In this document: piece by piece, positions 42,637 to 51,422 of the stretch
Numbering within the stretch: position 1 is the first letter of the stretch
How the letters are laid out: every line of letters begins with the position of its first letter
Virus record (IMG/VR): IMGVR_UViG_3300001533_002237
Span: 30,309 to 94,308 of that record
DNA: 64,000 nt
Source: a virus
Strand: one strand, 5' to 3'
Translations under genes and position numbers: made by a program
Notes under the pieces: generated by a model
What the model was told of the DNA's origin: nothing
Database searches by the model: none
What the model saw: the letters and a program-made list of their open reading frames with translations, nothing else

Positions 42637-42638
42637 TT

Positions 42639-43523
42639 ATGACTGATATTGAAATAATTGAAAAAGTATTATCATCAAACAATCCATCAGATATTTTTAC
42701 TGATAATTGGAAACCATTATATAAGTTATATAGTCGTATGATTCATCCTGATTCCTGTAATCAACCTAAAGCAAGTGATGCAATGGCAAAAATGAATTAC
42801 TTTAAGGATATTCTGGAAAATGGTATTAAATATACTGATGAAGCTGGTGATTTTAGAGTCTTTGAAAAGAAAATTGTGTATGAAATTACTGATGATAATC
42901 AGAAACTTATTCAAAAGTCTGTCAAAAATTACAAAATATTGAAGTCAATGACTAACAAAGTGTCAGTTGGTTTTCATCGCTATTTACCTGAAAGCATGGT
43001 TGTGGAAAAAAATATTCTTACAATTAATTTGAAAGATTGTGCAGTTCCTCTTACAGGACAAAAATTACCACAAATCCATATTAATTGGATTTTTAGTAGG
43101 ATGTTCGAGATTTCACTATGGTTTAAGAATATCGGTTACTCACATATGGGGATGAATCTCACAACAGTTTTTGTAGTGCCTGAGACTCACGGAATTATAT
43201 TGATTTCATTTTATCACATGAATTATTTAGACCAAAAAGCTAATACTATTAGTGCAAGATATAAAATGTGGTATCCAACAAATTTATTTATAAGAAAAAT
43301 TGCTACTCAAGATATTGATTTAGAACTTTGTAAAAAAATTGCACTATATTTGCTTGGTGATAAATCAGCAGCAGGTACTTTTTTGAAAAGAGATAAAAAT
43401 ATAAATCAAGAAGTTCTTACTTTTCTTTTAACTAAACATCAAAATGAAATTGAAGACTATGAAAAATATAGAAAAATATTAACGAAAAACTTTGAGAAAA
43501 AATTTTATCCATTACATTTGTAA
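42639..43523 (+). CDS. J-domain-like (HPD) plus degenerate kinase-like protein
   Basis: YKLYSRMIHPD...AMAKMN; catalytic-loop-like HMGMNLTTVFVVPETHG. Confidence 0.55.
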   Translation: MTDIEIIEKVLSSNNPSDIFTDNWKPLYKLYSRMIHPDSCNQPKASDAMAKMNYFKDILENGIKYTDEAGDFRVFEKKIVYEITDDNQKLIQKSVKNYKILKSMTNKVSVGFHRYLPESMVVEKNILTINLKDCAVPLTGQKLPQIHINWIFSRMFEISLWFKNIGYSHMGMNLTTVFVVPETHGIILISFYHMNYLDQKANTISARYKMWYPTNLFIRKIATQDIDLELCKKIALYLLGDKSAAGTFLKRDKNINQEVLTFLLTKHQNEIEDYEKYRKILTKNFEKKFYPLHL

Positions 43524-43545
43524 CAAATATAAAATTTTTTCGTAT
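43518..43545 (+). promoter_or_regulatory. ECF-type promoter
   Basis: TTGTAAC-N16-CGTAT. Confidence 0.75.
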
Positions 43546-43581
43546 ATTTGAAAATAATTATTAATTTAAAATTTAAATTTT

Positions 43582-43752
43582 ATGGGAATTACTAATGAAA
43601 ATGCAAAAGCATTCGAAGAAATGCATAAAGAAATGGAAGACACTACACCTGAAAATGTAGATGAAACTACTGATGAAGTAAATGAAGAAACTACTGATGA
43701 AGTAAGTGAAGAAACTACTGATAACTCTGAAGCTGATAAAACTATAAAATAA
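43582..43752 (+). CDS. Small, highly acidic protein (56 aa) with ETTDEV repeats
   Basis: MGITNENAKAFEEMHKEMEDTTPENVDETTDEVNEETTDEVSEETTDNSEADKTIK; TAATG overlap with the next gene. Confidence 0.65.
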   Translation: MGITNENAKAFEEMHKEMEDTTPENVDETTDEVNEETTDEVSEETTDNSEADKTIK

Positions 43753-44679
43753 TGGGATATTCAGCTTGGTCAGATGACGCATATGTAAATCTTACATCAA
43801 GTAAGAGTTATGCAAGTAAAAGTGCTGATGAAATTTTTTCAAATTCATTGAGCAAAGACATGACACCTATGAATCTTGGAATCAGAGAATCACGTGATAG
43901 TGATGCACACCCAACATCGTTGGCAATTATGGTATTCCTTGATAAAACTGGTAGTATGGGACATATTCCTGAAGCCATCGTAAAAAAAAAAACTCGGTGC
44001 ACTTATGAACACTATTATTGATAATGGTGTTGAACATCCTCAAATTCTTTTTGGAGCAATTGGTGACCATATCAGTATCAGTGACCAATCACCATTACAA
44101 GTAGGTCAATTCGAAAGTGGTACTGAAGAACTTGATAAATGGTTGACTCAAATTTATCTCGAAGGCTATGGTGGTGGTCAAAAAATGGAGTCTTATCTCC
44201 TTGCTTGGCTTGTGACTGGTCGTCATACAAGTATTGATTGTTTTGAAAAGCGTAATGAAAAAGGTTTTCTTTTCACAATTGGTGATGAAATGTCTTGGGA
44301 TAAATTAGGTGCTGATACTCTAAGAAATCTTCTTGGTTATCCACAAGGTGAAGAAGTAACCGATGTTCAACTTCTTGAAGAAGCACAAAAACTTTATAAT
44401 GTCTATCATATACATATTAATGAAGCATCTTATCGTAATGACCCAGAAGTTTTAGGTTATTGGAAAAAAATGCTTGGTGAGAGATTAATTGTTTTAGATG
44501 ATTATAATGCTGTTTGTGAAACAATAGTTACATTAATTGCTGTTCAACATGGTGTTGATATGATTGACATCACGAGCAAGTTTGATTCAAAAATCGCTGG
44601 TTATGTAACAACTGCATTAGCAACAGTTACTGCTGGTTCAATTGTATCTAATAATGATGATGGTGTGATTGAATTATAA
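43752..44679 (+). pseudogene. vWA-domain protein split by a frameshift in an A11 run (43982-43992)
   Basis: MIDAS-like LDKTGSMG in the first ORF; GAIGD, ESY, FTIGDE in the second; A10 would restore ..IVKKKLGALMNT.. Confidence 0.75.
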
Positions 44680-44700
44680 AAGAACAATATTTTTAGATTT

Positions 44701-44734
44701 AAAAAGGAACTGATGAAAATTAGTTCCTTTTTTT
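44701..44734 (+). terminator. Intrinsic terminator
   Basis: AAAAAGGAACTGAT-loop-ATTAGTTCCTTTTTTT. Confidence 0.8.
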
Positions 44735-44760
44735 GTAACAAAAAAATAAATTTTTCGTAT
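44733..44760 (+). promoter_or_regulatory. ECF-type promoter
   Basis: TTGTAAC-N16-CGTAT. Confidence 0.75.
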
Positions 44761-44794
44761 AATTGTAAAATTGTTTATTTAATAATAAAAAAAT

Positions 44795-45958
44795 ATGACA
44801 AAAGTATCAATAGTAATCGGAGCATTATATGGTGACGAAGGTAAAGGTTCTTTCGTTAATTATTTGTGTAGTCAAACAATAAAACCTTTAGTAATAAGAT
44901 TCAATGGTGGACATCAAGTTGGACATACAGTTGTTAATAATGACGGAACAAAACATGTATTTTCAAATTTTGGTTCAGGTACACTTCAAAACACACCTAC
45001 TTATTGGTCAGAATATTGTACTGTAAGTCCTGTTGGAATACAAAAAGAAGGTAGGATATTAAATGAATTAGGTATTGAACCTGAATTATATCTTAATGCT
45101 AATGCAATGGTTACAACACCATTTGATATATTACAAAATCACAAACTTGAAGCAAGTAATAATCATGGTAGTGTTGGTGTGGGTTTTGGTACAACAATTC
45201 AAAGAAATGAAGATAATTATCGTTTATATGTTCGTGATTTACAATATTCTAAAATCAGAGATGAAAAACTTAAATTAATAATAAATAATTATTATAATTT
45301 ACCTTTCAATCCTGCTTGTGCATATCAAAATAAAGAGACTAGAAAAATATATGATAATTTTATTGCAGCATGTGATGATTTGATTGGTAGATATGAAATA
45401 ATTAATGATTTAAAATCACATGGTTTATATAATCATGATATGATTTTTGAAGGTGCTCAAGGCATTATGCTTGATAAAAATTATGGATTCTTTCCTCATG
45501 TAACAAGAAGCAATACAACATCAAAAAATGCTTTGGAAATAATTAAAACAATTCCATTAAATGTTGATATAAATACATATTATATCACACGAGCATATCA
45601 AACTAGACATGGTAATGGATATATGACTAATGAAGGTTCAGACATTAGTTATATAAAAAACAACCCTAAAGAAACTAATGTTGAAGGTTTTCAGGGTGAA
45701 TTCAGAAAATCAATATTGGATTTAGATGTATTAAATTATGCTATTTCATGTGATAAATATCATAATCCAGATATGTTCTCAAAAAAGAAATTAGTTATTA
45801 CATGTCTTGACCAAGTACCTGAAAATATACCTATAACGGTTAATGGTGTTAAAGGTGTTGCAAATTATGAACAAATTTCTAGATTTTGCAAAATTAAACA
45901 CGTTTTTCCTGTATATTCTGATACAGGATTTAAATTTAATAATGATAAACAATTGTAA
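44795..45958 (+). CDS. Adenylosuccinate synthetase-like protein (divergent PurA family)
   Basis: YGDEGKG, RFNGGHQVGHT, FEGAQG..LD..YGFFPHVT.S, TRHGNG. Confidence 0.85.
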   Translation: MTKVSIVIGALYGDEGKGSFVNYLCSQTIKPLVIRFNGGHQVGHTVVNNDGTKHVFSNFGSGTLQNTPTYWSEYCTVSPVGIQKEGRILNELGIEPELYLNANAMVTTPFDILQNHKLEASNNHGSVGVGFGTTIQRNEDNYRLYVRDLQYSKIRDEKLKLIINNYYNLPFNPACAYQNKETRKIYDNFIAACDDLIGRYEIINDLKSHGLYNHDMIFEGAQGIMLDKNYGFFPHVTRSNTTSKNALEIIKTIPLNVDINTYYITRAYQTRHGNGYMTNEGSDISYIKNNPKETNVEGFQGEFRKSILDLDVLNYAISCDKYHNPDMFSKKKLVITCLDQVPENIPITVNGVKGVANYEQISRFCKIKHVFPVYSDTGFKFNNDKQL

Positions 45959-45992
45959 TTTAAAAAATTATTATATATTTGTAATAAAAAAT

Positions 45993-47390
45993 ATGAAAAT
46001 AAAAGAAATTTTTGACGAAATAGCTGTTGAGTCAGGCACTAATGAAAAAATGAATATACTGTCGAAGTATAAAGACAATAAACTTTTAAAACGTGTATTG
46101 TATTTAGCTAACTCAAAACGAGTTAAGTTCTATATTAAACAAATACCTACTTATACTGCTGATGTTGAACGTCCAGAATCATTAGAATGGGCACTTGATG
46201 GGTTAGTTGCATTATCAACTCGTCAATTTACTGGTCATAAAGCAATTAATTGGTTGAAAGTATTACTAAGTAGCATATCTGCTGGTGATGCATATGTATT
46301 AGAACGTATCATTGAAAAAGATTTGAGAATTGGTATGGGTACTCGAAATATTAATAAAGTATTTCCTGATTTAATTGAAAAAACACCATATATGGGAGCT
46401 AAATCATATACTGAGAAATTAGTAAGAGATTTATTTAAAAATGGTAAAGCAGTTTATAGTGATATTAAAATGGATGGTAGGTATCAAAATGCAATTATTA
46501 ATGAAGGTGATGTTGAATTAATTTCTCGACAAGGTGAACCTACACCAGTAGGGGACGCATTGTTTTTAAACGAATTAAAGGATTTTCCTAATGTTGTATT
46601 AAATGGTGAATTAACTATTGATGGCTTAGATAGATATAGTGCAAATGGTATTATTGCATCAATAGTTGACATTGAAGGTAAACGTGATACTCGTAGTGCT
46701 GATGAAACCTTAATAAAAATCAGTGGTTTTGAAAAAAAACATGGTCATTATTATTCATATATGGATAAAATTGTTTATACTGTATGGGATATGATTTATC
46801 TTGATGAATATTTTAATCCTGATAAAGTTAAATCAGAAAGACAGTATAAATTTCGTAGATATGAATTACGCAATTTGATTAATACTTGGAAATTTAAAAT
46901 GATTCGTTCTGTTGAAAGTAAAATAGTTAATTCTTATGAAGAAGCAGTTCAACATTTTCAAGAAGCATTAAATAGAGGATTAGAAGGTACGATTATTAAA
47001 TCAATGGATGGTCAATGGAAAGACACTAAACCAAACTGGCAAGTTAAGATGAAACTTGAGATAAATGTTGATTTAAAAATAACTGGTTTTAATTATGGTA
47101 CTGGTAAAAATTCTAATGTAGTATCGTCATTAAGTTGTGAGTCATCATGTGGTCAAATCAAAACAAGACCAACAGGTATTGATGAGGATATGATGCAACA
47201 CATTACTGATAATCAAGACAATTTATTAGGCACTATATTAGAAGTAAAATGTAGTGGTTTATCAAAAGATGCGAATAATAATTATTCATTATTACATCCA
47301 GTATTTAAAGTTCTTCGTGATGATAAATTAGAAGCCAATAGTTTGGAAGAAATCATTGAAATTGAAAATGCTGCTAAAAAATTATCATAA
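45993..47390 (+). CDS. ATP-dependent DNA ligase
   Basis: KMDG, NGEL, EGTIIK, WQVKMK, HPVF...RDDK; likelier ATG at 45993. Confidence 0.92.
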   Translation: MKIKEIFDEIAVESGTNEKMNILSKYKDNKLLKRVLYLANSKRVKFYIKQIPTYTADVERPESLEWALDGLVALSTRQFTGHKAINWLKVLLSSISAGDAYVLERIIEKDLRIGMGTRNINKVFPDLIEKTPYMGAKSYTEKLVRDLFKNGKAVYSDIKMDGRYQNAIINEGDVELISRQGEPTPVGDALFLNELKDFPNVVLNGELTIDGLDRYSANGIIASIVDIEGKRDTRSADETLIKISGFEKKHGHYYSYMDKIVYTVWDMIYLDEYFNPDKVKSERQYKFRRYELRNLINTWKFKMIRSVESKIVNSYEEAVQHFQEALNRGLEGTIIKSMDGQWKDTKPNWQVKMKLEINVDLKITGFNYGTGKNSNVVSSLSCESSCGQIKTRPTGIDEDMMQHITDNQDNLLGTILEVKCSGLSKDANNNYSLLHPVFKVLRDDKLEANSLEEIIEIENAAKKLS

Positions 47391-47393
47391 ATT

Positions 47394-47783
47394 TTGAATT
47401 TAAAATTAAATGTCTTGATAAAAAAAGAAAATATAATAATAGATAAGAATGATTTTAAAATTATTACTACCACAGGTAGCGGACCGGGAGGTCAACATAA
47501 AAACCGTGTGCAAACTGCTGTTGTAATAACTCATATACCAACAGGTTTGCAAGAAAAATGCGAAGATACTAGAAGCCAACATCGCAATAAAGAAATTGCT
47601 ATGGATAGACTTCTTAAAGGAATTGCTGAACTAAAAGAAGCAAAAAAACATGAGAAGCAAAATGATAGTCGCAAGGAACAAATAAGTGGTAAAGCAGTTC
47701 GAACATATAATTATCCACGAAATCAAGTAACTGACCATAGAACTGGAAAGAAAGCGAATCTTGATAAAATAATGAACGGTTGA
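47394..47783 (+). CDS. Class I release factor GGQ-domain protein (stand-alone, ribosome-rescue-like)
   Basis: GSGPGGQHKN, ITHIPTG, RSQHRNK, RTYNYP...VTDHR. Confidence 0.85.
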   Translation: MNLKLNVLIKKENIIIDKNDFKIITTTGSGPGGQHKNRVQTAVVITHIPTGLQEKCEDTRSQHRNKEIAMDRLLKGIAELKEAKKHEKQNDSRKEQISGKAVRTYNYPRNQVTDHRTGKKANLDKIMNG

Positions 47784-47903
47784 ATTAAATAAAGATTTTT
47801 ATATTAAAATGCTTCAACGTGAAGACACTAAATTATTTGCTGTTAAAGCAGGTAAATTTGATGACGGAAAAGAATTTGTTACATTAACTATTGAAGAAGA
47901 ATA

Positions 47904-48185
47904 ATGAAACTTAAAGGTCAATATAATCAAAAATATATTATTGATAAGGTTAATAAAGAACTTGTTGTTAATGTAGTATTAAAACAGGTTGATGATTTAA
48001 TTAAACCCAAACAAAATGTTTGGTATGGTGTTGCTACTGTTGATGATAAAATCATTAACCATAAAGATTTACCTTATTGTACCAATGCTGAATACATGGC
48101 AGAAACCATCGCATTAGAAATTATCGAAGCATGGAAAAAAAGAGCAAAAAAAGAAAATAAAGTTTTTAGACTAAAAAGAAAATAA
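47904..48185 (+). CDS. Hypothetical protein
   Basis: 93 aa. Confidence 0.5.
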   Translation: MKLKGQYNQKYIIDKVNKELVVNVVLKQVDDLIKPKQNVWYGVATVDDKIINHKDLPYCTNAEYMAETIALEIIEAWKKRAKKENKVFRLKRK

Positions 48186-48264
48186 TAATGGAAGACCTTA
48201 ATACTAAATTATTTAACGAAATTGTTCTCAGTAAAAAAATGATAAATTAACTAACAATTTAATT

Positions 48265-48755
48265 ATGTTAATTGTTGATTTAATCAAGTCTGAAATTCAA
48301 ACTGATAGATTTAAATTTATAACAAAAAAATATTATGATGGTTGTTGTGCTTATACATATAGTAGTGTGAGTAAACGCATATTAAAATTTAATCCTGATA
48401 AAACTGATAAAGTTGTTTCATATGTTAGAGTTATGATACGATGTGCTTTTGCTAATTGGATTGGAAGCAATTGGGAAATGTTAGGATATAAAAAAAGAAA
48501 GAAAATGAAACCAGCAGAATTTTATGAAATTTTAGAAAAATTTGTTTATGAACAACAAAGATGGAAATCACTTCAAGTAGGTGACATTGTTTATGATGTT
48601 CAATGTCGAGGACGGATAATGATTATCATAAAGCAATAATTAAAGAAATAAATATTGATGAAAGATTTATTATTGTCGATGATTTATTAGTAACTCCTGT
48701 TCGAGAAAAAAAATATTATTCATTTATAACTCAAGAAGAATTTGAAAAATTATAG
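48265..48755 (+). pseudogene. Hypothetical protein with apparent frameshift near 48610
   Basis: After LQVGDIVYDVQ a second frame continues DYHKAIIKEINIDERF... to TAG 48755. Confidence 0.45.
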
Positions 48756-48757
48756 TT

Positions 48758-49168
48758 ATGAAAGTAAAAGCATTAAGATATAAAGATACAAAGGAATTTG
48801 TTTATATTGACCATGAACATGGTGGTGAAGAACCAATGATTTTCACATCAACTTTACCAAAACTACAACCAGAAACTGCTGATTTGGAAGTTATGAAAGA
48901 ATTATTTGAAAATAATGATTATTATGAAGGACTTGAATTAGATTTTGATAAAGTAGAACTAGTTGAACTTGATATAATTGAAAGTGGTGAAGTTGGTGCT
49001 GATATTAGAAATAAACTCAGTCCACCCAAAAATCTTATTGCATTACTTGAAGTTTTCTTTGAAACTAAAGTGGGTTATACTGATGAAAGAAGAAAATTAG
49101 TTAATATTATAAAGGAAGAAATGAAACAAGCTAAAAAAAATATTGATTATATTGCAGATTTGTTGTAA
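48758..49168 (+). CDS. Hypothetical protein
   Basis: 136 aa. Confidence 0.55.
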   Translation: MKVKALRYKDTKEFVYIDHEHGGEEPMIFTSTLPKLQPETADLEVMKELFENNDYYEGLELDFDKVELVELDIIESGEVGADIRNKLSPPKNLIALLEVFFETKVGYTDERRKLVNIIKEEMKQAKKNIDYIADLL

Positions 49169-49190
49169 CTTTTTATTATATTTGTCGTAT
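49163..49190 (+). promoter_or_regulatory. ECF-type promoter upstream of the RNA cluster
   Basis: TTGTAAC-N16-CGTAT, 12 nt before the first tRNA-like element. Confidence 0.75.
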
Positions 49191-49202
49191 GACAATATAA
49201 AT

Positions 49203-49307
49203 GCGTGGGTGACTGAATGGTTAAGGTACTGTATTTGATGACAGGTTTAATTGAAGGAAAGTGCACTAGTATGTTAATTAATGGGGGTTCGAATCCCTCC
49301 CTGCGCT
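49203..49307 (+). tRNA. Atypical tRNA/tRNA-like RNA (irregular anticodon arm, long variable arm)
   Basis: Acceptor GCGTGGG/CCTGCGC; D arm ACTGAATGGTTAAGGT; T arm GGGGG-TTCGAAT-CCCTC; anticodon arm CTGT-ATTTGATG-ACAG. Confidence 0.6.
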
Positions 49308-49319
49308 CAACAAAAATAT

Positions 49320-49508
49320 TGCTAGTGTTTATAGTTTGTGATACGTTTTCGAAGTTACACTTGATAAACTTAATTAAAAAGTATTTCTCTTTTAAAAGTT
49401 GTTTTAGATAGAAACAAGTATGGTGGAGTTTTAGAGAGAATTTTACCACATCGCAAAGGTATAAATCTATGAAGAAGGGTGGGAGTTAACAGCAATAAGA
49501 CTCTCACC
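49320..49508 (+). ncRNA. Structured non-coding RNA segment between the tRNA-like elements
   Basis: Nested stems TTTGTGAT/ATCGCAAA and TTCTCT..AAAA/TTTT..AGAGAA; hairpin GGTGGGAGTT-AACAGCAATAA-GACTCTCACC. Confidence 0.45.
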
Positions 49509-49513
49509 GATAT

Positions 49514-49697
49514 GATTGGATGACGAAATTGGTAGACGCTATGTGTGAAAGTAGAAGTTGACTATCGGAAACACATAATGCCGTTGGAAACAGAAACAAA
49601 GGGGGAAAGTCTTTAAATCAACTTAGTGAGACGAATACCAGTGTAAACAGAAACAAGCACGGAAAGTCCAATACAGGTTCGAGTCCTGTTCCAATCA
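49514..49697 (+). ncRNA. 184-nt tRNA-like RNA with a large structured insertion
   Basis: Perfect acceptor GATTGGA/TCCAATC; Leu-like D arm ACGAAATTGGTAGACGC; perfect T arm ACAGG-TTCGAGT-CCTGT. Confidence 0.7.
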
Positions 49698-49812
49698 CGA
49701 ATCCTAACACGGTGGCTACGTGTTGAAATGTCGGATAACGTGTCTGATAGGTAAGGTCTGAATGCCAAAAAGAAGGAACGACAGGAAGGAAAGTCTTCGC
49801 AAACCTAATTTT

Positions 49813-49845
49813 GCCAGTTTCATGAATATAAAACTGGTATTTTTA
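49813..49845 (+). terminator. Possible terminator ending the RNA cluster
   Basis: GCCAGTTT-loop-AAACTGGT followed by ATTTTT. Confidence 0.5.
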
Positions 49846-49872
49846 ACAAATATTAACTAAAATTTAAATAAA

Positions 49873-50733
49873 ATGGGGTATTTACACATTTCAAATCTCT
49901 ATAAAGAGCAATCGATATTGCTTTTCAAAAAATGCTATGCTATGGAAAAAATACACGGGACTTCTGCACACGTTAAATGGAAATTCGAAACAAAAGAAGT
50001 GATTTTTTTTACTGGCGAAAATCATCCATTATTTCTTACTTTATTTGACAAAGACTTTTTAATTAAAAAGTTTGAAGAAATATTTCCTGACCAAGATGCT
50101 GTTATTTTTGGTGAACACTATGGTGGAAAATGTCAAGGTATGTCAAGTACTTATGGAAAAGAAAGTAAATTTATTGGTTTTGATGTGAAAGTCGGTGATG
50201 TTTGGCTTAATGTTCCAAATGCCGAAGACGTATGTAACCAATTTAATATTGAATTTGTTTCTTATGAAAAAATAGATGTTAGTTCACCTAAACTTATTGA
50301 AGAAAGAGATAAACCAAGTGTTCAAGCTGTTCGTAATGGTATAACTGAACCAAAAAAACGTGAAGGGGTGGTATTACGTCCATTAATTGAACTTAGAAAA
50401 AACAATGGTGAGCGTGTAATCGCTAAATTTAAACCTGATGAACAAATGGAAACCAAATCCAAAAGAGAAGTTAGTGATGAACAATTAAAAGTTTTAAGCG
50501 AAGCAAATGAAGTTGCAGAAGAATGGGTAACTAACTTAAGATTAGAACACGTACTTCAAAAATTCCCTGCTGATGTAAATATGGAAAGCATGGGCGATAT
50601 TATTAAAGCAATGATTGCCGATGTGTATCGTGAAGGCAAAGATGAAATTATTGAAAGTAAACCAGTTGAAAAAGCAATTGGTAAAGCAACTGTTAAAATT
50701 TTTAAAGCTAAATTACAATCTAAATTAAAATAA
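49873..50733 (+). CDS. RNA ligase, Rnl2-like
   Basis: EKIHGT, FGE..G, FDV, REGVVLRP, AKFK. Confidence 0.8.
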   Translation: MGYLHISNLYKEQSILLFKKCYAMEKIHGTSAHVKWKFETKEVIFFTGENHPLFLTLFDKDFLIKKFEEIFPDQDAVIFGEHYGGKCQGMSSTYGKESKFIGFDVKVGDVWLNVPNAEDVCNQFNIEFVSYEKIDVSSPKLIEERDKPSVQAVRNGITEPKKREGVVLRPLIELRKNNGERVIAKFKPDEQMETKSKREVSDEQLKVLSEANEVAEEWVTNLRLEHVLQKFPADVNMESMGDIIKAMIADVYREGKDEIIESKPVEKAIGKATVKIFKAKLQSKLK

Positions 50734-50735
50734 TC

Positions 50736-50933
50736 ATGGAAGACATAAAAAAATTAAAAAAAATAGTGACGAGAAGTAATATTGTGTATTTCAATGGTCT
50801 AACAGTTAAGGATAGAAATTTTAAACCAACAATAGATTATCTTAATTTAAACCAAGACGGTCTTGAAGATAAAGTTCGAATTGATTTCTGGGATGAAGAG
50901 AATAAAATATTGAGTTTAAAAAGTAATTATTAA
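50736..50933 (+). CDS. Hypothetical protein
   Basis: 65 aa. Confidence 0.5.
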   Translation: MEDIKKLKKIVTRSNIVYFNGLTVKDRNFKPTIDYLNLNQDGLEDKVRIDFWDEENKILSLKSNY

Positions 50934-50937
50934 TGTT

Positions 50938-51237
50938 ATGTTTATAAAAATTGAAATCGAAGATTGTAGTGGTTGTCCTTTTATGGAAAGTAAAAGGGTA
51001 TATACTGCTGATAGTTTTGAAATGCCTTTCGAATGGAAGTGTACTAAAGCAAATAAGGTAATTGCTGGTTTTGTTGAACATAACGACAAGATACCAGTAC
51101 CTAAATGGTGTCCATGTAGAATTGAAGATATAAAATCAAATATTAATGATTGTGAACATAAGAATATTGAAAAAGTAGGTCCTTTCAAAGACATATGGTG
51201 TAAAGATTGTGAAACTGTTGTTAAAAGTGGTATGTAA
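50938..51237 (+). CDS. Cys-rich hypothetical protein
   Basis: CSGCP, WCPC, WCKDC. Confidence 0.55.
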   Translation: MFIKIEIEDCSGCPFMESKRVYTADSFEMPFEWKCTKANKVIAGFVEHNDKIPVPKWCPCRIEDIKSNINDCEHKNIEKVGPFKDIWCKDCETVVKSGM

Positions 51238-51422
51238 TGGGACGATATTCACGTAAAGACATGATTGAATTTGCTAAGTTTGTTAAATGTCATCAATCGG
51301 CAAGAAATGTTGAAAATGCTTATGATGATTATTTAAAAGGTGTTAGAATCATCACAATTAATACTGATAAAGAAGTTATTAAACAATATAAAAAAATAAA
51401 AAATGAGAGACGAACTAGGTGA
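51237..51422 (+). CDS. Hypothetical protein
   Basis: 61 aa, TAATG coupling. Confidence 0.5.
   Translation: MGRYSRKDMIEFAKFVKCHQSARNVENAYDDYLKGVRIITINTDKEVIKQYKKIKNERRTR

Noticed and set aside
44795-45958. PurZ / 2-aminoadenine (Z-genome) pathway
   Set aside because: The P-loop is GDEGKG with the PurA Asp, not the GSTGKG-type PurZ signature, and no DatZ/MazZ-like neighbours are evident.
49147-49449. ORFs 49147..49449 (-) and 49217..49411 (+)
   Set aside because: They overlap a tRNA-like fold and are most likely spurious.
49514-49697. tmRNA or group I intron-containing tRNA
   Set aside because: It has a D arm, lacks the Ala G3.U70 acceptor and a tag ORF, and the insert is only about 130 nt with no recognisable intron core.
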